A stretch of DNA of 31,415 nt, taken from the IMG/VR virus record IMGVR_UViG_3300017727_000080, one strand, 5' to 3'. Positions 14,877 through 21,093 of the stretch are shown here, one piece after another. The DNA comes from a virus. The notes below the pieces were generated by a model that was not told the DNA's origin, searched no databases, and worked only from the letters and a program-made list of their open reading frames with translations. Numbering within the stretch: position 1 is the first letter of the stretch; each line of letters starts with the position of its first letter. The position numbers and the translations under genes were made by a program.

Positions 14877-15634
14877 TATACAATGAAGATTGTTTAGTAG
14901 CTATGAAAGAAATACCTGATTATAGTATAGATGCTATTATAACAGACCCTCCTTATGGAACTACAGATTGTAAGTGGGATAGTGTAATAGACTTTGAGTT
15001 AATGTGGGAACAACTTAATAGAATTATAAAACCAAATGGTGCAACAGTTTTATTTGGAAGTGAGCCTTTTAGTTCTGCTTTGAGAATGAGTAATATTAAG
15101 AATTATAAGTATGATTGGATATGGATTAAAAACAGACCTACAGGAACTATGTTGGCAAAAAGACAACCTATGAGAAATGTAGAGAATATTTTAGTTTTCT
15201 ATAAATCACAACCAAAATATAATAGGCAAATGATAAAAAGAACACCAGAAGAATTTAAAAAATCTTATAGGAAAAATAATTCTGAATCTAAAAATGGCGA
15301 ACAAATGACATACAGAAAAACCCCTTTAATAAGACAAAGCAAAGATAGGCAATGGTATAAACCTCCAATTCAAACTTTATATTATAATTCTGATTCAAAA
15401 AGGAATGGTAAAAGTCATCCAACACAAAAACCAGTTGCATTAATGGAATATCTAATAAAAACATACACTAACGAAAACGAAACTGTATTAGATTTTACAA
15501 TGGGTTCTGGAACTACAGGCGTGGCTTGTTTAAATACAAATAGAAAATTTATAGGAATTGAAAATAACAAAGAATACTTTGAAGCTGCAGTAAAAAGAAT
15601 ACAACAACATAAGGCACAAAAAAGATTATTTTAA
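14873..15634 (+). CDS. DNA methyltransferase (N6-adenine / N4-cytosine, beta class)
   Basis: 253 aa. IITDPPYG, SHPTQKP and LDFTMGSGTTGVA motifs in beta-class order. Confidence 0.85.
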   Translation: MIYNEDCLVAMKEIPDYSIDAIITDPPYGTTDCKWDSVIDFELMWEQLNRIIKPNGATVLFGSEPFSSALRMSNIKNYKYDWIWIKNRPTGTMLAKRQPMRNVENILVFYKSQPKYNRQMIKRTPEEFKKSYRKNNSESKNGEQMTYRKTPLIRQSKDRQWYKPPIQTLYYNSDSKRNGKSHPTQKPVALMEYLIKTYTNENETVLDFTMGSGTTGVACLNTNRKFIGIENNKEYFEAAVKRIQQHKAQKRLF

Positions 15635-15659
15635 AATAAGTTAAAAATTACGTTATATA
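15633..15659 (+). promoter_or_regulatory. Phage-specific promoter-like element, copy A (AAAAT-N12-ACGTTATATA)
   Basis: AAAAT at 15633-15637 and exact ACGTTATATA at 15650-15659. Intergenic, 36 nt upstream of the GTG at 15696. Confidence 0.55.
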
Positions 15660-15694
15660 GATATATAGAATTAATTAATTAATATTTTATTAAT

Positions 15695-15703
15695 TGTGGA
15701 TAA
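15695..15703 (-). promoter_or_regulatory. Consensus DnaA box (TTATCCACA on the - strand)
   Basis: The + strand reads TGTGGATAA, a perfect 9-mer. It follows a roughly 60-nt stretch that is almost entirely A/T (15635-15694). A single occurrence could be chance. Confidence 0.3.
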
Positions 15704-15968
15704 TAGAAAAAACAATGGAGGACATTCGACAAAAGGCTTTGCAGGGAGACCTAAAAAAGCAGACGAACTAAAGCTGATTGAAAAACTTGATGCCTTAATA
15801 GATAATGATGAAGTAATTAAAACTTTAGGTAAACAAATACTAAAAGGAGACAGTAGAGCTATGAATCTATATTTCGGTTATAGATATGGCAAACCTAAAG
15901 AATCTGTAGACATATCTTCAAGTGATGGCTTTAATGTAAACTTTAGAGACCTAATCAAATTTAAGTGA
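15696..15968 (+). CDS. Putative terminase small subunit
   Basis: 90 aa, GTG start. Basic N-terminus NGGHSTKGFAGRPKK. GTGA overlap with the large terminase gene. Assigned mainly by position. Confidence 0.4.
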   Translation: MDNRKNNGGHSTKGFAGRPKKADELKLIEKLDALIDNDEVIKTLGKQILKGDSRAMNLYFGYRYGKPKESVDISSSDGFNVNFRDLIKFK

Positions 15969-17167
15969 TTGAAATAAATAAAAAGTATGCTCCTATTGCT
16001 GAATCAGACGGGAGGTACTTTATTGTAACTGGAGGACGTGGGTCTGGTAAATCATTCTCCATAAATCTCTTATTAGTTCTTTTAACTTATGAAGCTGGGC
16101 ATACTATACTGTTTACTCGTTACACTTTATCTTCTACTTATATTTCTATTATTCCTGAATTTATTGAAAAACTTGAATTGCTTAAAATCTTTGATGACTT
16201 TTATATCACAAAAGATGAAATAAGAAATAAGCGTTCTGGGAGCAAGATAATCTTTAAGGGTATCAAAACATCAAGTGGAGATCAAACAGCTAATCTAAAG
16301 TCATTACAAGGGGTTACAACCTTTGTATTAGACGAGGCAGAAGAACTTACTAATGAAGATACATTTGACAAGATAGATTTATCAGTCAGACAACAAGGCA
16401 AACATAATAGAGTGATACTAATACTAAATCCTACAACTAAAGAACATTGGATATATAAAAGATTCTTTGAAGATAAAGGAATACAAGAAAGTGTAAACAC
16501 TTCAAAAGATAATGTTACCTATATACATACAACTTATTTAGACAATCTTCAAAACCTTTCAGAAAGTTACATAAACCAAATAGACAACATAAAGAAACGC
16601 AGACCACAAAAGTATAAACATCAAATGCTTGGTGGCTGGTTAAATAAAGCAGAAGGCGTAATATTTACCAACTGGTCAATAGGAGAATTTAAAAAAGTAG
16701 GTATAAGCGTTTTTGGTCAAGACTTTGGAATGAATGACCCAAACACATTAATAGAAACTAATATAGATACTGCTAATAAGATTATTTATTTAAAAGAATG
16801 TTTTTACTTGCCTAAACTAACAACAAGCGAAATAGCACGTTTAAATATGAAACACGCAGTAGACAATCTAATAGTAGGCGATTCAGCAGAAAAAAGATTA
16901 ATCTATGAATTAAAACAGAAATGTAATATAGTAGCTTCAATAAAAGGAGCTGGTTCTATTACTTATGGAATATCATTATTACAGGACTATGATTTAATAG
17001 TAGACGAACAAAGTATTAATTTAATAAAAGAACTTAACAACTACAGTTGGCTTGAGAAGAAATCTAAAACACCAATAGACAAATGGAATCATTGTTTAGA
17101 TGCAATTAGATATGCAGTAAGTTACCAACTACAAAATCCTAACAGGGGTAAATATTATATACAATGA
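15965..17167 (+). CDS. terL: Terminase large subunit (PBSX/XtmB, Terminase_3-like)
   Basis: 400 aa. Walker A IVTGGRGSGKSFS, Walker B TTFVLDEAEE and a C-terminal nuclease region (FGQDFGMNDP...DAIRYA). Confidence 0.85.
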   Translation: MIEINKKYAPIAESDGRYFIVTGGRGSGKSFSINLLLVLLTYEAGHTILFTRYTLSSTYISIIPEFIEKLELLKIFDDFYITKDEIRNKRSGSKIIFKGIKTSSGDQTANLKSLQGVTTFVLDEAEELTNEDTFDKIDLSVRQQGKHNRVILILNPTTKEHWIYKRFFEDKGIQESVNTSKDNVTYIHTTYLDNLQNLSESYINQIDNIKKRRPQKYKHQMLGGWLNKAEGVIFTNWSIGEFKKVGISVFGQDFGMNDPNTLIETNIDTANKIIYLKECFYLPKLTTSEIARLNMKHAVDNLIVGDSAEKRLIYELKQKCNIVASIKGAGSITYGISLLQDYDLIVDEQSINLIKELNNYSWLEKKSKTPIDKWNHCLDAIRYAVSYQLQNPNRGKYYIQ

Positions 17168-17168
17168 T

Positions 17169-17270
17169 ATGGAATGTAAAAAATGTAAACAGACAATGAC
17201 AATATATTCAGGTAAAGACAATAAGGACTACTACTACTGTAGGGAGTGTGATATTATAGAGTTTGAATAA
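17169..17270 (+). CDS. Zinc-ribbon miniprotein, paralog of 7303-7425 (33 aa; not in the ORF track)
   Basis: Product: MECKKCKQTMTIYSGKDNKDYYYCRECDIIEFE. Same CxxC-N17-CxxC spacing, with shared K5, K7, M10, N18 and YY. It starts 2 nt after the terL stop. Confidence 0.5.
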   Translation: MECKKCKQTMTIYSGKDNKDYYYCRECDIIEFE

Positions 17271-17312
17271 ACTTTATTAACAAGTTTGTTATTTATTTTG
17301 TATATTGCATAT

Positions 17313-17429
17313 ATGATATACGATATACCAAATTTTACAGACAAACAACTTCAAGGAGAACTTAGGTCAACTATCAAATATGCTCAAGCATTATTAGAGG
17401 AGATTGATAAAAGGGAAAAAGAGAAGTAA
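17313..17429 (+). CDS. Possible 38-aa helical miniprotein
   Basis: Product: MIYDIPNFTDKQLQGELRSTIKYAQALLEEIDKREKEK. Preceded by an AT-rich promoter-like stretch (ttattttgtatattgcatat). Confidence 0.3.
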   Translation: MIYDIPNFTDKQLQGELRSTIKYAQALLEEIDKREKEK

Positions 17430-17519
17430 AATAAGTTATTAAATATTTTGTTAATTAAACAAATAGTTATATATTGCAGTATAATTGCAATGAAGCAGTT
17501 ATATAAACAAACATAACAA

Positions 17520-17687
17520 ATGACAATAAATAAAATAACAATCGAAGATAAGTTTAAACTTATAAACATAGAAGCAACATTAAAAATGTTGTTAGTACAT
17601 TCAGACCTGCCTAAATATCAGAAAGACTGGGTGGCAGAATCTTATAAAAACATTTTAGATTTTAAACATCAAAACGATATATTATGA
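17520..17687 (+). CDS. Hypothetical 55-aa protein (not in the ORF track)
   Basis: Product: MTINKITIEDKFKLINIEATLKMLLVHSDLPKYQKDWVAESYKNILDFKHQNDIL. ATGA overlap with the next small ORF. Confidence 0.45.
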   Translation: MTINKITIEDKFKLINIEATLKMLLVHSDLPKYQKDWVAESYKNILDFKHQNDIL

Positions 17688-17812
17688 AAAAAAGACAGTA
17701 TAGATCAAATCAAGGGCGTAATCCTAAAAGGGAAGAAGCTATGTTTAATGCAATCAAAGTAGCATTTGTATTATTAGTTATTGCTACTATTGTAAATTTA
17801 ATTTTATTATAA
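17684..17812 (+). CDS. 42-aa tail-anchored membrane miniprotein (not in the ORF track)
   Basis: Product: MKKRQYRSNQGRNPKREEAMFNAIKVAFVLLVIATIVNLILL. Basic N-terminus and C-terminal TM segment. Coupled to both neighbours (ATGA, TAATG). Confidence 0.45.
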   Translation: MKKRQYRSNQGRNPKREEAMFNAIKVAFVLLVIATIVNLILL

Positions 17813-17985
17813 TGAAATACTATTACGAAGATAACGGAAACAGAAGATATTACATTGCAAAGAAAATATCTAAAAAACAAAACAAAGAAACATTTTTAAA
17901 AATTGCAGGTTATGCAGCTATTGGCTGGGCAGTATTTTATATTGCATTGTTTTTTTTCTTACATTTGTTAGAAATGGCAGTATGA
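17812..17985 (+). CDS. 57-aa membrane miniprotein (not in the ORF track)
   Basis: Product: MKYYYEDNGNRRYYIAKKISKKQNKETFLKIAGYAAIGWAVFYIALFFFLHLLEMAV. C-terminal TM segment. ATGA overlap with the 17982 ORF. Confidence 0.45.
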   Translation: MKYYYEDNGNRRYYIAKKISKKQNKETFLKIAGYAAIGWAVFYIALFFFLHLLEMAV

Positions 17986-18257
17986 GAAACAAAATACAGA
18001 ACATACAAGATTTAGAATACAGCAACAATCAAATATTAATTGGAGAATTAATTAAAAAGTGGTTAAAGGCAAAACCTAAAAACAAAGAGATTCTAAAATT
18101 AAGAGATGCGTTTATTGATAATTCAATTTATGTTGCAGGTTTACAGAATGATCTTACAGCTTCTAAAATGGCTAATAGTGAATATAGAGAAAGAATGAAT
18201 GAAGCCTTGTATGATTTAGAATTAATAAAAGAAGAAAATAAATATTATAGTGAGTGA
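17982..18257 (+). CDS. Hypothetical protein (91 aa)
   Basis: ORF-track entry. It is the last member of the coupled small-gene chain and is followed by a terminator. Confidence 0.5.
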   Translation: MRNKIQNIQDLEYSNNQILIGELIKKWLKAKPKNKEILKLRDAFIDNSIYVAGLQNDLTASKMANSEYRERMNEALYDLELIKEENKYYSE

Positions 18258-18283
18258 CTATATAATTGAGTTGTTTTGTTTGG

Positions 18284-18317
18284 AAAAAGGGTGTTAGAAA
18301 TAGCACCTTTTTTTTTA
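18284..18317 (+). terminator. Rho-independent terminator candidate
   Basis: AAAGGGTG / CACCTTT stem (one G-U pair), 10-nt loop, then a long T run. Confidence 0.55.
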
Positions 18318-18321
18318 TACT

Positions 18322-18348
18322 AAAATCCTACTTTAATTACGTTATATA
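18322..18348 (+). promoter_or_regulatory. Phage-specific promoter-like element, copy B
   Basis: AAAAT at 18322-18326, N12, ACGTTATATA at 18339-18348. ATG at 18352 is only 3 nt downstream. Confidence 0.55.
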
Positions 18349-18351
18349 AGT

Positions 18352-19002
18352 ATGAAAGCTAATATAAACGTTCCTAACGAACTTAATGAGATTACACTAA
18401 AGCAATATCAAAGGTTCTTAAAAGCTCAAGACAAAGCAAAGGATAATAACTTCATACAGACTAAAATGATTGAGATATTTTGTAGGGTAAAACCTCAAGA
18501 TGCTCTTAACATAAGATTGTCAGATGCAGAACGTATCACAAGAATAATATCAGATATGTTTGAACAGAAGCCTGATTTAGTACAGTCCTTCTGGCTTAAC
18601 AATGTAGAGTATGGTTTTGTTCCTGATCTTGATGAAATTACATTAGGAGAATATATTGACCTTGATACTTATATGGGAGACTGGGATAATATAGAAATAG
18701 CAATGAATGTATTATACAGACCTATCAAACAGAAACTTGGAAACAAGTATTTAATAGAGGACTATGACCCCGATAAAAAGGACAGAATTACTACAATGCC
18801 TATGGATGCTGTATTCGGTTCTATACTTTTTTTTTATCGTTTAGGGATAGAATTATCGAAAACTATGATGAATTATTTGGAGAACAAGGAGGAGAAACAA
18901 CTTCTGGACGTGCTGGATTTGCAAAAAAGTGGGGATGGTATTCGAGCCTTTACGGACTCGCTGGAGGAGATATTACAAGATTTGAAGATATCACAAAATT
19001 AG
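18352..19002 (+). CDS. Structural-module protein, tail-assembly-chaperone-like (zero-frame product)
   Basis: 216 aa, first gene after promoter copy B. It contains the T9 run at 18827-18835. The -1 frame is open across its 3' end. The chaperone assignment is inferred from the frameshift architecture, not from recognised homology. Confidence 0.5.
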   Translation: MKANINVPNELNEITLKQYQRFLKAQDKAKDNNFIQTKMIEIFCRVKPQDALNIRLSDAERITRIISDMFEQKPDLVQSFWLNNVEYGFVPDLDEITLGEYIDLDTYMGDWDNIEIAMNVLYRPIKQKLGNKYLIEDYDPDKKDRITTMPMDAVFGSILFFYRLGIELSKTMMNYLENKEEKQLLDVLDLQKSGDGIRAFTDSLEEILQDLKISQN

Positions 19003-19088
19003 AAATGCATAAGTGTTTAATGATGTTAGCATTTATGAAAGATAAAAACGAATTAGAATCGAAACAAATAAAAAGTAAGTTTAAATGA
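18777..19088 (+). other. Open -1 frame overlapping the 3' end of the 18352 ORF and filling the downstream gap; putative -1 frameshift extension
   Basis: 104 stop-free codons in the -1 frame. The heptamer T_TTT_TTT at 18828-18834 is in canonical phase. The frame ends with TGA at 19086-19088, overlapping ATG 19085 (ATGA). The predicted tail is ...FLSFRDRIIENYDELFGEQGGETTSGRAGFAKKWGWYSSLYGLAGGDITRFEDITKLEMHKCLMMLAFMKDKNELESKQIKSKFK. Confidence 0.45.
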
Positions 19089-19555
19089 GCCAACAAGGAA
19101 TAAGGGGATTTTACCAATTAACTGAAACAATAAAAGACCAGCTTTTAGCTGACATAAATTGTAATACAGTAACTACAGGAGACCTATATGATGTTAACCT
19201 TAACAAGCAAGACATATTCCCTCTTGCTCACATTATAGTCAACAACGTAACACAAGAAGAACAAACACTTACGTTTAACATAAGCATTCTTGCAATGGAT
19301 ATTGTAGATCAATCTAAATTACCAACAGAAGATAGATTTATAGGAAACAATAATGAACAAGATATACTTAACACACAATTAGCAGTATTAAATAAAGTAA
19401 TACAAGTTTTAAGAATGGGTACTTTATACAAAGACCAGTATCAATTAGATAGTCCAGTAAATTGTGAACCATTTTATGATAGGTTTGAAAACCAATTAGC
19501 TGGGTGGACTGCAACAATGGATATTATAATTTATAACGATATAAGAATCTGTTAA
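19085..19555 (+). CDS. Virion neck/tail completion protein candidate
   Basis: 156 aa, in the structural module. Function assigned only by position and general character. Confidence 0.4.
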   Translation: MSQQGIRGFYQLTETIKDQLLADINCNTVTTGDLYDVNLNKQDIFPLAHIIVNNVTQEEQTLTFNISILAMDIVDQSKLPTEDRFIGNNNEQDILNTQLAVLNKVIQVLRMGTLYKDQYQLDSPVNCEPFYDRFENQLAGWTATMDIIIYNDIRIC

Positions 19556-20088
19556 TGAACTTTGAAAATATAAATAAGGCATTAAAAGATTTTGGAAATT
19601 ATGTAGTCCAACAGTCAAGAACAAATTTGACAAAAGGTAACCATAACGCATCTAAAGAATTATATAACTCAATTACCTATACACTTGATGAAGAAGAAAA
19701 AGGTTTTATTATAAACTTTTTAATGGAAGAATACGGTGCATATCAAGATCAAGGTGTTAAAGGTGTTAAATCTAATTATATTGTAAATAAGAAGTCTCCT
19801 TTTTCATATAAGAGAAGTAGCAACTTAATAGGTCTTGAAAAAAAAACAGGAGTGTTTTCAAAATTTGCAAGGCGTGTTGGTCTACAGCCAAGAGATAAAA
19901 AAGGAAGATATGGTTCTTATGAAACAATGGGGTACATTCTTGCAAATAGTATAAAAAATAAAGGTATAAAAGCAAGTATGTTTTTTACTAAACCATTTGA
20001 AGCAGCTTTTAAAAGACTGCCACAAGAATTAGTAAACGACTTTATATTAGATATAGAAAAAGGAATAATATTAGGAACAAAAAAATAA
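19555..20088 (+). CDS. HK97 gp10-like tail completion protein candidate
   Basis: 177 aa. KELYNSITYTLDEEEKGFIINFLMEEYGAYQDQGVKG resembles the L(R/Y).SI...g....v....YA..vE.G core of the gp10 family. Confidence 0.4.
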   Translation: MNFENINKALKDFGNYVVQQSRTNLTKGNHNASKELYNSITYTLDEEEKGFIINFLMEEYGAYQDQGVKGVKSNYIVNKKSPFSYKRSSNLIGLEKKTGVFSKFARRVGLQPRDKKGRYGSYETMGYILANSIKNKGIKASMFFTKPFEAAFKRLPQELVNDFILDIEKGIILGTKK

Positions 20089-20091
20089 ACA

Positions 20092-21093
20092 ATGGCAGCA
20101 ATAGCATTAAGAAGTCCACAATATAAATCAGCAACAGCAGGAACAGGAGCTAATTCTGCTAAACTAACTATTAGTATTGATGGAACTATACAATATACAT
20201 TAGTAAAAGGTACAACGGCAGGAGCTACTATGCTTTGGGAAATAGCAGAACTTTGTAGAGATTATATAAGCATAAGTTTTGATGGTACTTATAATGCTTC
20301 ATCAGCAGATACTTTAACCATTATTTCTACCTTAACTTCACACGCATCAACAGACGGAACAGGTACTGCATTAACGACTTCATCAATAACAGACAAAGGC
20401 TATGATGCTTATGGTACATTTATGGAGGGTTCAAATCCTGTTGTTCCTTTTGGTTCACGCCCTACTTGGCTTGTAAGTCCTGACCCTAACGGTACTACAA
20501 ACAATGAATATTACATTTATGTTCCTAATAATACAGCTGGATATGTACCTTATATATCAACAGGAGAAGCGTTAGTATATAATAGTTTTGGTGCAACTGC
20601 AACAGAATTAACAGGAACACCAGCAGGAACTAAAATGAATATAAACAGAGTTGATTGCACAAAATATGGAGATGGTCATAAAGTTACATTTGTAAATAAA
20701 TTTGGCGCATTACAAGACCTTTGGTTTTTCTTAAAATCAGTAGATACAACAACAAAAAAACAAGAGCAATTTCAAAGAAATATTGTAACATCAACTGGTA
20801 GTTATAGTGTTAATACACATACTAAACAAGACTATAATACAGTAGCAAATACAAGCGTAACATTGAGTAGTGGGTATTATCCTGAATGGGCTAATCAATG
20901 GTTTGAACAATTATTATTGTCAGAGCAAGTATGGATTACAAGACCAAAAGAAACTGACCCAACTACTGATGAAGTAATACCTGTAAATGTTAGAAAAAAT
21001 AGTATGGTTAAAAAGACTTCACTAAACGACAAACTAATAGATTACACATTTGATTTTGATATGTCATTTGATTACATAAACAACATTAGATAA
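20092..21093 (+). CDS. Virion structural (tail) protein, function unassigned
   Basis: 333 aa, T/S/G-rich. TAATG overlap with the 792-aa ORF. Confidence 0.55.
   Translation: MAAIALRSPQYKSATAGTGANSAKLTISIDGTIQYTLVKGTTAGATMLWEIAELCRDYISISFDGTYNASSADTLTIISTLTSHASTDGTGTALTTSSITDKGYDAYGTFMEGSNPVVPFGSRPTWLVSPDPNGTTNNEYYIYVPNNTAGYVPYISTGEALVYNSFGATATELTGTPAGTKMNINRVDCTKYGDGHKVTFVNKFGALQDLWFFLKSVDTTTKKQEQFQRNIVTSTGSYSVNTHTKQDYNTVANTSVTLSSGYYPEWANQWFEQLLLSEQVWITRPKETDPTTDEVIPVNVRKNSMVKKTSLNDKLIDYTFDFDMSFDYINNIR

Noticed and set aside
18921-18929. GCAAAAAAG (A6) as a second -1 slippery site in the 18352 ORF
   Set aside because: In the zero frame it reads CAA AAA AGT, so the A_AAA_AAG heptamer is out of canonical phase. 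The upstream T9 run is in phase and is the better candidate.
19005-19088. Independent 27-aa ORF (MHKCLMMLAFMKDKNELESKQIKSKFK) in the 19003-19084 gap
   Set aside because: It remains possible as a stand-alone miniprotein. However, the same frame is open for a further 76 codons upstream without an ATG and passes through an in-phase slippery run. I therefore treat it as the tail of a frameshift or error-split product and keep this as the alternative reading.
4441-19975. Other minus-strand track ORFs (4441-4677, 6336-6530, 10444-10707, 11703-12032, 13662-14036, 13904-14134, 16282-16500, 17384-17569, 19772-19975, and 27207-27440 just beyond this span)
   Set aside because: Each lies antisense to a better-supported + strand gene or small-ORF chain. 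The products are hydrophobic and low-complexity, as expected from reverse complements of AT-rich coding DNA. None has promoter, terminator or coupling signals.
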